From contig CAVSTP010000002.1 of the NCBI GenBank assembly GCA_963730935.1, forward strand, positions 416,001 to 480,000: a DNA stretch of 64,000 bases, in the 5' to 3' direction. The translations under genes were made by a program, and so were the position numbers. This document shows positions 10,120 to 21,286 of the stretch, one piece after another. Positions within the stretch are counted from its first letter, which is position 1. Each line of letters starts with the position of its first letter. Source of the DNA: an uncultured Nitrospiraceae bacterium (GTDB taxonomy: Bacteria; Nitrospirota; Nitrospiria; Nitrospirales; Nitrospiraceae). Below the pieces are notes generated by a model. That model did no database searches and was not told the DNA's origin. It saw only the letters and a program-made list of their open reading frames with translations.

Positions 10120-10650
10120 TCATTCAGGATCGCTCATCCCCAGCATCCGCTCAAGTTCCTGAACGGTATAGGCCGGCTGCACATTGAGGGTCGTCACTCG
10201 AATGCCAGCCGCATGGAGGATGCGCTGAACTTCCCGGCCCGGAAGTGCACCGGTTGGATCCGACGCCGGTTCCCCCGCTTCGAATTGCACGACCTGTTCA
10301 ACCATGCGCGAGCCCGGATGAACCAACACCACGTCCGCGCGCTTGAGCGCGAGATGTCGCAACACCTCTACCCGCGACTCCCCTTTCGCCTCGACCGCCA
10401 AGAAACTCCATAGCGGTACCTGCGCGAACACCAAATACCGGTCTTCCACGGCCAGGCGAATCAGATTATATAGGAGCAACTGCCTTTCGCCCAGCAGCGG
10501 TTGCGACCGAAGGACCACTCCCAACGGAAGAATAAACGGTCCCGATCGCACACTTCCTCGAGCGCGGCCGGAGAGAATTCGCCACAACAGCAACGCCGGC
10601 ACCGCCACGATGAGTGTAATGAACCAGGAATCGAAAGAGCCATCGTTCAT
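10120..10650 (-). CDS. DUF2726-like membrane-anchored protein
   Basis: N-terminal TM; QPLLGERQLLLY...VFAQVPL...KRADVVLV; overlaps the anmK stop (ATGA). Confidence 0.7.
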   Translation of the reverse strand: MNDGSFDSWFITLIVAVPALLLWRILSGRARGSVRSGPFILPLGVVLRSQPLLGERQLLLYNLIRLAVEDRYLVFAQVPLWSFLAVEAKGESRVEVLRHLALKRADVVLVHPGSRMVEQVVQFEAGEPASDPTGALPGREVQRILHAAGIRVTTLNVQPAYTVQELERMLGMSDPE

Positions 10651-11822
10651 GTGCGGAACTTCTTCGCCCAACGTGGACCGGCGGGTACGATCGCTCCCAG
10701 TAGCACGGGGTGCGTAGCCCCTGTCACGGCGGGAATGTTGCCAGACTGTCCCATCATTGTTTGATAGGCCAAAAGCGCAAAGGCCACTGCCTCGAAGGCT
10801 TTGCTCTCCCAACCCAAAGCATCAAAGGTTGTGACCGGAACGGGCGAGAACACGGCAGCCATATTGTCCATGATCGCCCGATTGCGCACCCCCCCGCCGC
10901 CGACGACGATCTCCTCGATCGGCCCCTTGACCCATCGCCGTGCAGTCCCAACCGCCTTCGCCGTCCACATGCTGCAGGTGGCCAAGAGGTCCTCCATCGA
11001 CAATCCCAGTTGTTGTTGAACGACCAGGAGCTCATCAATGAGTGAAGGGCCAAATTCCTCCCGCCCCGTTGATTTCGGCGGACGCCGGGAGAGGAAGGGA
11101 TGCGCCAAGAGCTTTCCCAGCAAGCGAGCGTCGACCCGACCTTTCAGGGCCAATTTTCCGTCGCGATCCATGCTGAGGCGTCCGTTGGTGGCTCGATTGA
11201 CGAGACTGTCCAACACCATATTCGCCGGCCCCGTGTCAAAAGCCAGCACGCCCTCCCATATCCCGCCACGAGGGACGTAGGTCACGTTGCTGATCCCACC
11301 GAGATTCACGATCAACCTGGCACGCCGGGGATGTTTCAAGAGCAAGGCATGCGCCGCAGGCGTGAGAGGAGCTCCTTGTCCACCTGCGGCGATGTCGCGA
11401 GGCCGGAAGTTGGCAATCGTCGTAATACCGGTTCGCTCGGCAATCACTGCTGGTTCGGCAATCTGGAGCGTCGAGCGGACGGCTCCTACTCCCGGCGCCT
11501 GAATCCCTTTCGGAAGATGATGCACTGTCTGGCCGTGCGAGCCGATCACCGCAATGTCCGCGGGACGCAGTTTCGCTTGGCGAATTACGTTTAACGCCGC
11601 GTTGGCGAACCATTCACCGAGCAACGCGTTCAGATGACAGATGTCTGCAACCGTCCCCGAGATGGACGCGGTGACAATCCGCTGTTGAAGGGATCGCGGA
11701 TAGGAGAGAGTCTGGGCGGCAAGGGCCCGCGCCTTGAGCGTCTGCCCGCGACCGGACACTTCGACCAGCGCGGCATCCACACCATCTCCGGATGTTCCGG
11801 ACATCAAGCCGACAATTTTCAT
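10647..11822 (-). CDS. anmK: Anhydro-N-acetylmuramic acid kinase
   Basis: GLMSGTSGDGVD, GSHGQT, GGQGAPL, FDTGPAN, PKSTGRE. Confidence 0.95.
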   Translation of the reverse strand: MKIVGLMSGTSGDGVDAALVEVSGRGQTLKARALAAQTLSYPRSLQQRIVTASISGTVADICHLNALLGEWFANAALNVIRQAKLRPADIAVIGSHGQTVHHLPKGIQAPGVGAVRSTLQIAEPAVIAERTGITTIANFRPRDIAAGGQGAPLTPAAHALLLKHPRRARLIVNLGGISNVTYVPRGGIWEGVLAFDTGPANMVLDSLVNRATNGRLSMDRDGKLALKGRVDARLLGKLLAHPFLSRRPPKSTGREEFGPSLIDELLVVQQQLGLSMEDLLATCSMWTAKAVGTARRWVKGPIEEIVVGGGGVRNRAIMDNMAAVFSPVPVTTFDALGWESKAFEAVAFALLAYQTMMGQSGNIPAVTGATHPVLLGAIVPAGPRWAKKFRT

Positions 11823-11971
11823 CCTGCTTCCTTTGCTGAGAGTCTGAGCCGTGGGACCGCTACGCTAATGCAACTGCACCGTGGGGTCAAGCGGCGCTGC
11901 AACACGCGCAGAGTCATTCGCAGGCTCATTGCGTTGACAGGAAAGAAACCTCGATGGTACGGTCGCGGCCC

Positions 11972-12898
11972 ATGCCGTTTGTCCGATTGGTCATTCTGTG
12001 CTGTTTCATCCTCTCAAGTGGCTGGTTCCCCTGGGATTCGCCGGTGGTCTCAGCAGCCACCGAACCGCTGAACGTGGTCGTGACGATTCCTGTCTTAAAA
12101 GATTTGGTCGAGCAGGTGGGAGGGCCCCATGTTCGCGTGACTTCGCTGTTGAAAGGCTACGAGAACGAACACACCTATTCTCCGAAGCCAAGCGACCTGG
12201 TCGCCGTCAGAAATGCCCAGCTGCTCTTTGAGGTCGGTCTGGGACTTGAAGTGTGGGTGGCCAATCTCGTGAAAAGTGCCGGACGTCCGTCCCTCACCGT
12301 TATCACCACGTCGAAAGGTATCGACCTGATACCGGATGACCAAGAAGGGGAGGCTGGCCATGAGGACGTGGGCGCACATCCACGCGGCAATCCTCACGTC
12401 TGGCTGGATCCCGAAAACGCCGTGACGATGATGCGCCAGGTCACCGAGGTCCTCGTTAAAGCCAACCCCGGCCACGCACAGGAATTTCTTCAGAATCAGG
12501 CCACATTCCTCAAGCGCCTAGATCAGCTCCGTGCCGAATTGGCCGATCGCCTCAGCAAATTGGGCGACAGGCGCTTCATCGCCCACCATCCGGCCTGGCC
12601 GTATTTTGCAAGACGATTCGGCTTTGTCATTGTCGGAACCATTCAAACCCAATCGGCCAGCGAGCCATCAGCAATCCAGCTTCAACGTTTGATCACGACG
12701 ATCAAAAAGGAGAGGGTCAAAGCCGTGGTCTCGGAAATCCAGCTCAGTCAGAGGCTGCCCGAGCTGCTCGCAAGGGAAACTGGCGCACGTGTCGTCGTGT
12801 TGACCACGCTTCCGGGAGGCCTGCCCCGGACCGACACCTATCTCGACATGCTCCGTTATAATGTGCTCCAATTGGCCAACGCCTTGGAGGCCGCGTAA
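11972..12898 (+). CDS. znuA: Zn/Mn ABC transporter substrate-binding protein (cluster A-I)
   Basis: EHTYSPKPSD, NPHVWLDP, HPAWPYFA; signal peptide; alternative start at 11954. Confidence 0.88.
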   Translation: MPFVRLVILCCFILSSGWFPWDSPVVSAATEPLNVVVTIPVLKDLVEQVGGPHVRVTSLLKGYENEHTYSPKPSDLVAVRNAQLLFEVGLGLEVWVANLVKSAGRPSLTVITTSKGIDLIPDDQEGEAGHEDVGAHPRGNPHVWLDPENAVTMMRQVTEVLVKANPGHAQEFLQNQATFLKRLDQLRAELADRLSKLGDRRFIAHHPAWPYFARRFGFVIVGTIQTQSASEPSAIQLQRLITTIKKERVKAVVSEIQLSQRLPELLARETGARVVVLTTLPGGLPRTDTYLDMLRYNVLQLANALEAA

Positions 12899-12932
12899 CA
12901 CCGAACCAGCGCGTTTCCTGTCGGCCGAAAGG

Positions 12933-13733
12933 ATGCCCTCTCTCGTGTCCGCATCAACACAACCGATCATTCGCTTCGATCACGCCTCGTTCGGTTTCCC
13001 CGGGGTGATCGCACTTAAAGATCTGACATTGACGATCGACGCCGGAGAATTCGTGGGAGTCATCGGTCCCAACGGATCGGGCAAGACCACGCTCTGCAAG
13101 GCGGTCCTCGGGCTAATGCCTCCGCTCGGAGGACACCTCCATATTTTTGACTGCGCGTGCGAGGAACTGCGTTGCCACCACCGCGCCAAGATCGGTTATC
13201 TTCCGCAAAAAGGCGTTGTGGATCGCAATTTTCCGGTGACGGTGCTCGAGACGGTCATGATGGGCCGCTATGGGGCCATGGGATTATTCAGACGCCCCGG
13301 GACCGCCGATCGAAGGATTGCCATTGAGGCACTCGCGCATGTCGGGATGGAGGGACACAAGGATACGGCGTTGGGCCACTTATCCGGCGGACAGCAGCAG
13401 CGCGTCTTCATTGCGCGCGCTCTTGCCCAGCAACCACAGGTGTTGCTGCTGGACGAACCGACCACGGGCCTAGACATCACGACACAACACAATGTACTCG
13501 AGTTGATCGAACATCTTCATCAGGAGTTGGGCTTGACGGTCCTTCTCGTCACCCATGACATCAACATGATTCGTGCGCGAGTGGATCGCTTGATTCTCCT
13601 GAAAACCCGTCTCTATGCGGCGGGGCCGCCAACTGACGTGCTTAAAGCGGATATCCTTCAAGAAGTCTACGGCAAGGACCTCGTCATCACCGACAAAGAC
13701 CTCATCATCGTCGAAGACTACCACCATCATTAG
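12933..13733 (+). CDS. znuC: Zn/Mn ABC transporter ATP-binding protein
   Basis: [29 protein letters not shown]. Confidence 0.88.
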   Translation: MPSLVSASTQPIIRFDHASFGFPGVIALKDLTLTIDAGEFVGVIGPNGSGKTTLCKAVLGLMPPLGGHLHIFDCACEELRCHHRAKIGYLPQKGVVDRNFPVTVLETVMMGRYGAMGLFRRPGTADRRIAIEALAHVGMEGHKDTALGHLSGGQQQRVFIARALAQQPQVLLLDEPTTGLDITTQHNVLELIEHLHQELGLTVLLVTHDINMIRARVDRLILLKTRLYAAGPPTDVLKADILQEVYGKDLVITDKDLIIVEDYHHH

Positions 13734-13744
13734 CGAAGAACGTC

Positions 13745-14569
13745 GTGCTGGACCTTCTCACATACGACTTCATGCAACGCTCGCTGCTGGCCGCCGCGAT
13801 GGTCGGAGGCTTGTGCTCGCTGATCGGTGTGTTCGTCGTCTTGCGCGGGCTCGCGTTCGTTGGGGCTGGCACTGCGCATGCGGCATTCGCGGGTGTGGCG
13901 TTGGCCTATTTGATGGGGTGGCCGCCGTTGCTGCTTGCCATCTTGTTTGGCCTCGTGACGGTCTGGATCAGCGGGTGGGTGGAGGAAAAAGGCACGATGA
14001 AGCTCGACGTGTCCATCGGGATTCTCTACACCGCCACGATGGCGCTCGCGATCCTCTTCATCGGTCTGATGAAGACCTACAATGCCGAGGTCTACGGATA
14101 CCTGTTCGGCAACGTGTTGTCGGTAACTCCAGAAGAGCTTCGAACCATTGGTGGATTAAGCATCGTCGTGGTGGGAAGTATTTTACTGTTTTCGAAGGAA
14201 CTGTATTTTATCGCATTCGATCAAGAGATGGCCGAGGCTTCCGGCGTGCCGGCCCGGCGGATGTTTTTCCTCCTACTGACCTTGGTGGCATTGACCGTGG
14301 TGGTGTCCCTCAAGACTGTTGGAGCTATTTTGGTATTTGCCATGGTCCTCATCCCGGCGTCGACCGCCTACCAGCTAACCCATAGCCTTTCGACGTTGAC
14401 GTGGTATTCGCTGATCATCGGGATTGCCTGCTCGGTCGCTGGCGTGCTGCTCTCTGCCCTCTGGGACATTCCTTCCGGGCCTGCGATCGTCCTGCTTTCG
14501 ACGCTGGTGTTTTTCATCTCGATTATTCTCTCGCCCAAACGGTCCCGGCAGCCGCTTCTAGCCAATTGA
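13745..14569 (+). CDS. znuB: Zn/Mn ABC transporter permease (ABC-3)
   Basis: GVFVVLRGL, AHAAFAG, YLFG, FDQEMA; multi-TM. Confidence 0.9.
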   Translation: MLDLLTYDFMQRSLLAAAMVGGLCSLIGVFVVLRGLAFVGAGTAHAAFAGVALAYLMGWPPLLLAILFGLVTVWISGWVEEKGTMKLDVSIGILYTATMALAILFIGLMKTYNAEVYGYLFGNVLSVTPEELRTIGGLSIVVVGSILLFSKELYFIAFDQEMAEASGVPARRMFFLLLTLVALTVVVSLKTVGAILVFAMVLIPASTAYQLTHSLSTLTWYSLIIGIACSVAGVLLSALWDIPSGPAIVLLSTLVFFISIILSPKRSRQPLLAN

Positions 14570-14733
14570 CCTCCAGATCCACGTCACTCATTTGCGGTCT
14601 CAGCATGGACAAACTGCCTCCATCCTCCCAAAACAGGGTGAGAGCCGACAAGGGGAAAACAGTATTGATTTTATGGCGCTGTCGAGAGATAAGAGAGTAC
14701 CTAGTTCAAATTCCATAATAGGAGGGGTGGTTT

Positions 14734-15378
14734 ATGCATTTTGTTACGGGTCGTAGTTGGACGGGGAATCTCCTGTTGGTCGCTGCGCTGCTGGTCGGTC
14801 TCGGGGCCACTCAGGTTCGTGCGGAAGAACCGGCAATGAAAGATGGCGGCACTGAGCCGGGCAAGGTCTACCTCGGCATGAGAGCAGGCTTCGCACCATT
14901 GACGCAGCAATTGACGCCTGGCACCTCTACGGATGTCGGATCACTGGTCAATTTCCAGGCCATGTACAGTCTCAATAACTGGCTATTGATTGGGATGATG
15001 CTTGAATGGGAGCGGCATAGCATCAGCACGGAGGGGCCCTCGGTGTCTCTCGGACATCAAGATACCGTGTCAGTTCTGCCTACCGTCGAACTGCGTCCAG
15101 TCCGGATCGGCCCGATTGTCCCCTATGTCAACATGAGCTTCGGCGTGAACGTGAACAGCTTTGGTGAAGACCGCAACATCGCAAGAATTTCTCCGAGTAA
15201 TACCTTTGCCTGGCGCCTCGGATGGGGAGCCGACTGGATGATCACAAACCGATTTGCGCTAAACGGGGAAATGGCCTACAAGCGGAACGACGGCCACGCG
15301 ACTATCGCCAATGTGCGGGTCAATGACTGGAACGCGTCTTCGTTTGGATTCTTGTTCGGCGTGAAGTTGTTCTTTTAA
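14734..15378 (+). CDS. Outer-membrane 8-stranded beta-barrel protein (OmpA/OmpW-like)
   Basis: Signal peptide; alternating beta strands; C-terminal Phe; RBS AGGAGG. Confidence 0.8.
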   Translation: MHFVTGRSWTGNLLLVAALLVGLGATQVRAEEPAMKDGGTEPGKVYLGMRAGFAPLTQQLTPGTSTDVGSLVNFQAMYSLNNWLLIGMMLEWERHSISTEGPSVSLGHQDTVSVLPTVELRPVRIGPIVPYVNMSFGVNVNSFGEDRNIARISPSNTFAWRLGWGADWMITNRFALNGEMAYKRNDGHATIANVRVNDWNASSFGFLFGVKLFF

Positions 15379-15439
15379 GGTGTAGTGGCGCTGTGCGCGG
15401 AGTGAGTTACTCTGCGCGCAGCCGTTGACGGAGAATGCC

Positions 15440-15871
15440 TCACTCCTGCCGTGCCTGCCTGGATCGTGTCCATACCATGCCGGTCTGTTCCTTGGCACTG
15501 AAACCTAACTTCGCGTAAAACCCCGGCCGCCTTGTGCAGAGCCAAAACAGTTCAACTCGTTTGAGGCGAGGATGGTTCAAGATGCGTTGCACGATTTCCG
15601 TTCCCAGCCCTTGTTTTTGATAGGCCTTGTCCACGATGACATCCCAGATCGTGGCCCGATACGTGAAGTCCGTCAGCACCCGCCCAAAGCCGATCAATTG
15701 GTCACCATCCCAGGCGCATAACGCCACGTCGGTATGGCGCAGCATCTCCTTCGCATCATCAAGTGTGCGTTCCTTTGCCCAGGGCGCTTGGTGAAACAGC
15801 TTCAAGAGCTGCGAAGCTTCCAATTCCTTTTTTTCGGAAAACGTAACGGCAGTCTTGAGGGTGGCGGGCAT
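15440..15871 (-). CDS. GNAT N-acetyltransferase
   Basis: LIGFGRV, IWDVIVDKAYQKQGLG, FYAKLGF. Confidence 0.9.
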   Translation of the reverse strand: MPATLKTAVTFSEKKELEASQLLKLFHQAPWAKERTLDDAKEMLRHTDVALCAWDGDQLIGFGRVLTDFTYRATIWDVIVDKAYQKQGLGTEIVQRILNHPRLKRVELFWLCTRRPGFYAKLGFSAKEQTGMVWTRSRQARQE

Positions 15872-15997
15872 CTTGTACTAGAGTAGGCTCCCGGTGGATA
15901 CCTTGATGAGCTGCTGTCTCAGCCCTTTCTGTCCAGCCGTCGTAGACCATGGCGGCCGGATGCGACATCCTGCGGGACCTAGTCTACGAGGAAATAA

Positions 15998-16177
15998 ATG
16001 GCAACGCAAGTCCGTAGCTGCCCCAAGTGCTTCCAACTCATGTGGCTGAAGCCCAGCGAGTACGAATCGCTCGATGAGGACACGGTGCGCGCAAAATGCC
16101 CGCACTGCGGGTCCGCGGTGAGGTTTAAGTTAGTCTCTGAGGGTGAGAACGCCACCGGTCCTAAGATGGGGCATTAA
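15998..16177 (+). CDS. Small zinc-ribbon protein (59 aa; absent from the ORF track)
   Basis: Manual translation MATQVRSCPKCFQLMWLKPSEYESLDEDTVRAKCPHCGSAVRFKLVSEGENATGPKMGH*; RBS GAGGA; two CxxC. Confidence 0.8.
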   Translation: MATQVRSCPKCFQLMWLKPSEYESLDEDTVRAKCPHCGSAVRFKLVSEGENATGPKMGH

Positions 16178-16184
16178 GAAGGGT

Positions 16185-16607
16185 TCAAAGTCCTCGTCCG
16201 GCTCCATCCAACTCCGGTTTGTTCCCCGGTAGAATTTTGTGCAGTCCTGCACGATACTCAGCAATCCGCCGAGTATCAGCCTGATCGGCAGTAATTTCCT
16301 GGTCCCGCTGCATCCGTTCCAGATGATCGAGGACGGCGAGCAAGGGCTGCACGGAGCCCAGGAGCTTGCCGACTTCAAACGCCTCGAGCGATTCGACGAA
16401 GGCCTCATTCAAACTCTTGTAGGCCGTCCCCGCACTTTGATTCCTGAAGCGGGAGACTATCACCTCATAGTCTTCAACCGCCTCCGGTTTCGGCTTAATG
16501 CCGGTCGGTACGACGCTCAGGTGCACGATTGCCGGCAATTTCGCGGCATAGATCTTCAACTGCGACGTCAGACCGCCGACAACATCTAACACATCGCCGA
16601 TTTGCAT
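16185..16607 (-). CDS. Hypothetical helical protein
   Basis: 140-aa ORF directly downstream of rluD; RBS AGGA. Confidence 0.7.
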   Translation of the reverse strand: MQIGDVLDVVGGLTSQLKIYAAKLPAIVHLSVVPTGIKPKPEAVEDYEVIVSRFRNQSAGTAYKSLNEAFVESLEAFEVGKLLGSVQPLLAVLDHLERMQRDQEITADQADTRRIAEYRAGLHKILPGNKPELDGAGRGL

Positions 16608-16616
16608 AGAATCGTC

Positions 16617-17591
16617 CTAATCGACCGTGGCGAGCCCTGTCAAGATTCGGTCGTCAAGCTCCTTCATGACCAGGTCCATATCAGGCGGGGAGGGCCGATC
16701 ATACTGCTGCAATTCGCCAGTCGACGGATGATGAAACCCCAAGGTTCTCGCATGGAGCATCACGCGGGGAACCTCCACACCGTTTAAGTTGCAGACTCTC
16801 CGACCGCCATAGGTGGGGTCGCCTAAAATGGGATGGCCAAGTGAGGCCAAATGAACCCGGAGCTGATGCGTACGTCCGGTCCTCGGATAGAGAAGCACAT
16901 GTGCCACAGTCTTGCCGAATCGGCGATCGACCTTGTACTCGGTCACCGAGTCTTTCGGTCGAGCCGTACGGGCCGAGAACTTTTTGCGTTCTTTGGAATC
17001 GCGGCCAATCGCCAGTTCAATGAGCCCGTGGCCTTTCTTTGGAACTCCCCAGACAAGCGCTTCGTATACGCGAGTAATGGTGTGTTGTTTGAATTGCGCC
17101 GCCAGATGCCGGTGAGCGACATCCGTCTTGGCAATGACCATTACACCCGATGTGTCTTTGTCCAATCGATGGACGAGCCCTGGCCGCTCCTTACCACCAA
17201 TCGTCGAGACGGTTCCTCCGGATGTTTGAAAGTGATGCAACAGCGCGTTGACCAGCGTTCCTGTCCAGTTTCCCGGTGCAGGATGCACGACGATGCCCGA
17301 CGGTTTGTTGAGGACCAGCAGGTGCTCGTCTTCAAAAAGTACTTCCAGCGGAATTGCCTCGCCCTGCAGCGCGAGAGGTTCCGGCTTCGGGACATCCATC
17401 GTAATCTTGTCGCCCGGCTTGATCTTCTGGCTGGGCCTGACGACTTGGTCATTGATGCGAATGCGTCCGAGTTCGATGAGCCGTTGCAACCGTGAGCGGG
17501 ACATGTCCCGTTCACGGTTGACAAGAAACACATCCAGCCGCTTGGGCTGCTCTCCGGCGGTCACCACGAATTCCGTAATCATGTGCGGCAC
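16617..17591 (-). CDS. rluD: RluA/RluD family 23S rRNA pseudouridine synthase
   Basis: S4 domain; RPGLVHRLDKDTSG; TGRTHQLRVH; start may be 17582. Confidence 0.93.
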   Translation of the reverse strand: MPHMITEFVVTAGEQPKRLDVFLVNRERDMSRSRLQRLIELGRIRINDQVVRPSQKIKPGDKITMDVPKPEPLALQGEAIPLEVLFEDEHLLVLNKPSGIVVHPAPGNWTGTLVNALLHHFQTSGGTVSTIGGKERPGLVHRLDKDTSGVMVIAKTDVAHRHLAAQFKQHTITRVYEALVWGVPKKGHGLIELAIGRDSKERKKFSARTARPKDSVTEYKVDRRFGKTVAHVLLYPRTGRTHQLRVHLASLGHPILGDPTYGGRRVCNLNGVEVPRVMLHARTLGFHHPSTGELQQYDRPSPPDMDLVMKELDDRILTGLATVD

Positions 17592-17702
17592 ACGCTACTA
17601 AAGTGGTGTGGGAAAATGCAATGACGGAAGCCGCAATTTGCCTCTCGGTGGCCGGAGAGCTATGCTTACGATTGAGGCCGTCCTCACTGAAAGGAGATCA
17701 CA

Positions 17703-18281
17703 ATGATCAGGATCGTCTCCGTCGGAACCGCGATGCTCGCTGCCGGTTGCCTCCTGTTCGCGGCCGCTTCTCGTGCAGTGGATCCTCCGGGTATACCGCC
17801 GGAAATGGTTGCCGACTATTTGCACTCCGTGATAGAGGCCGACCGGACGTTTTATACGATCCATGTCGTCGAGCGTCTGCAAAAGAGCGGGGGTACCAAG
17901 GCTGCCGAAGACTGGCGCGCCAAGAAAGACGTCCTGCCTCTCCCGGCCCAGTTTCTGATCGAATCGAGCGAGTTGGCTGCGACAACCGGTTCTAAAATCC
18001 GTTATCGGCTGATCAGTCTCTGGCCGATCAATCCCAAGAACGCTCCTGACAGCCCAACGGAGAAGCGAGGACTGGAAATGCTGCGGGATCATCCGGAACG
18101 CTCGGTGACCGGAACCCTGAAGCGCGGCGAGCAGTCATACTTCCAGGCGATCTACGCCGACCGGGCAGTCAGCACCACCTGCGTGGCCTGCCACAACAGC
18201 CATCCCCACAGCCCCAAAACAGATTTTTCAATGCATGACGTCATGGGAGGACTGGTCATCGAGATCCCATTGGAGCGGTAG
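17703..18281 (+). CDS. DUF3365-type c-type heme protein, exported
   Basis: Signal peptide; YRLISLWPINPKN; CVACH heme motif; RBS AAGGAG. Confidence 0.85.
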   Translation: MIRIVSVGTAMLAAGCLLFAAASRAVDPPGIPPEMVADYLHSVIEADRTFYTIHVVERLQKSGGTKAAEDWRAKKDVLPLPAQFLIESSELAATTGSKIRYRLISLWPINPKNAPDSPTEKRGLEMLRDHPERSVTGTLKRGEQSYFQAIYADRAVSTTCVACHNSHPHSPKTDFSMHDVMGGLVIEIPLER

Positions 18282-19302
18282 CCGGTGGTGCAGTTGAACG
18301 AACGGGGTGCACCACCATTGCTTGCTGCCGGTAGATGGCGAGCGCGTGGCGGAGCGCCTCTTCGCCTTCAGGAGCCTGTCCGATCGCCTGATGGAGCGAT
18401 GCCAGTAACGCCCATGCCGCGGCCTCGCCAGAAACGTCACGCAGGGATTGATAGAGAGTGACCGCGCGTTTTGCGGACTCGATGCCTTGTTCCTCGCGCC
18501 TTGTCGCGCCGCTCAGGGCGGCCAGACGAATGCGCAGTCTCGCCTCGATGGCGACTTCAGGCCGTTGCTCGAGGAGCACGACTGATTGCTGATAATGGGC
18601 CCATGCGGCCTCGGTCCGATCCAGGATCCAGTCGGCGTCACCAAGTGCCACCAATGCCGCGAGGGTCTGATCCTGGTCTCGCCTTGAGCGTGCATCATCG
18701 AGCACCTGCTGGAGTTCCACGAGACCACGGTCCGGCGACCCATCGCTGACTATCAACAGACCCGATTGAATCCTCACCGCTCCGAGAGCCTGAACATTCT
18801 GTGAACGGCGGTATCGCTCCTTCGCCCGCTCAAACAGCCCTGCAGCCTCCTCGCGATCACCCAACCAGAGGGAGATTCTTCCGGACAGGAACAAGGCCTC
18901 GGCGTGAACCGGAGAGTCAGGGGTTTTGGAAAACAGCGTCAACGCGTGACGAACCTGGACGGCGGCCTCTTGCCTTCTGCCTTGCCGCTCGAAAATCGAC
19001 GCGATCTTCGTCAGGGCGACGGCTTGGCCCTTGCGCTGCTTCTGTGCGCGAAAGGATGCAAGGGCCTGGTCATAATAGGTGAGTGCTTCCGGAAAATGGT
19101 TCTGCACGTCATGGATTTCACCGATCCTCACCAGCTCATCGCCGCTCAAGGTTCGAGCGGAGACCGGGAGGCCCGACGGCGGTGCGGCTGGAGCGATATT
19201 CGGCAACAGCATGACAGCCATGAGCAGGCAGCACAGGACCAAGGATCCGCCTCCGATCGCAGATGGAGCGAAGAGAATACCGGCCGGCCGTCTGACGGTC
19301 AA
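18256..19302 (-). CDS. Tetratricopeptide repeat protein, probably exported
   Basis: Repeated A..Y.QAL helices; hydrophobic N-terminus; start uncertain. Confidence 0.8.
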   Translation of the reverse strand: MTVRRPAGILFAPSAIGGGSLVLCCLLMAVMLLPNIAPAAPPSGLPVSARTLSGDELVRIGEIHDVQNHFPEALTYYDQALASFRAQKQRKGQAVALTKIASIFERQGRRQEAAVQVRHALTLFSKTPDSPVHAEALFLSGRISLWLGDREEAAGLFERAKERYRRSQNVQALGAVRIQSGLLIVSDGSPDRGLVELQQVLDDARSRRDQDQTLAALVALGDADWILDRTEAAWAHYQQSVVLLEQRPEVAIEARLRIRLAALSGATRREEQGIESAKRAVTLYQSLRDVSGEAAAWALLASLHQAIGQAPEGEEALRHALAIYRQQAMVVHPVRSTAPPATAPMGSR

Positions 19303-19330
19303 ACTGTCGGAGCTGGGCGTATGGCGAACG

Positions 19331-19744
19331 CTAGGATTTGTGGGCGCGCTGCGCGAGCTTCATGCGGAGGCGGGCTTTCTCTAGGCTGATTTCTGCTTCT
19401 TTGACATCAGACGGCAAACCGCCGGCCTTTAGCCGCTGCTCGGCCTTGGCCACGGCGGCTTGTGCGCGCTCGACGTCAATGTCTTCGGCCTTTTCAGCGA
19501 CTTCGGCCATGACGGTGACTTTATTGGGAGTGACTTCGGCATAGCCCCAGAGGATGGCCATGTGATTCGTGCGGTCGCCGACGCGGTAGCGGAGCTCGCC
19601 GATGCGCAAGGTGGAAAGGAAGTGGCAATGACCGGGCAATACGCCGAACTCACCCTCGGAGCCCGGGGCGATGACTTCATCCACTTCCTGACTCAGGAGC
19701 TGCTTCTCCGGCGTCACGACTTCCAATAAGATTTTCCCAGGCAT
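19331..19744 (-). CDS. atpC: ATP synthase F1 epsilon subunit
   Basis: LEVVTPEK, GEFGVLPGH. Confidence 0.95.
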   Translation of the reverse strand: MPGKILLEVVTPEKQLLSQEVDEVIAPGSEGEFGVLPGHCHFLSTLRIGELRYRVGDRTNHMAILWGYAEVTPNKVTVMAEVAEKAEDIDVERAQAAVAKAEQRLKAGGLPSDVKEAEISLEKARLRMKLAQRAHKS

Positions 19745-19769
19745 TTCGCGTTTGACTCCCCGGTCGGGT

Positions 19770-21236
<1,467 letters not shown>

Positions 21237-21286
21237 CTACTCGTTTGGTTCGAGCCTGTGGCGTCCGAGCTGCAGACCTGCGCAAA

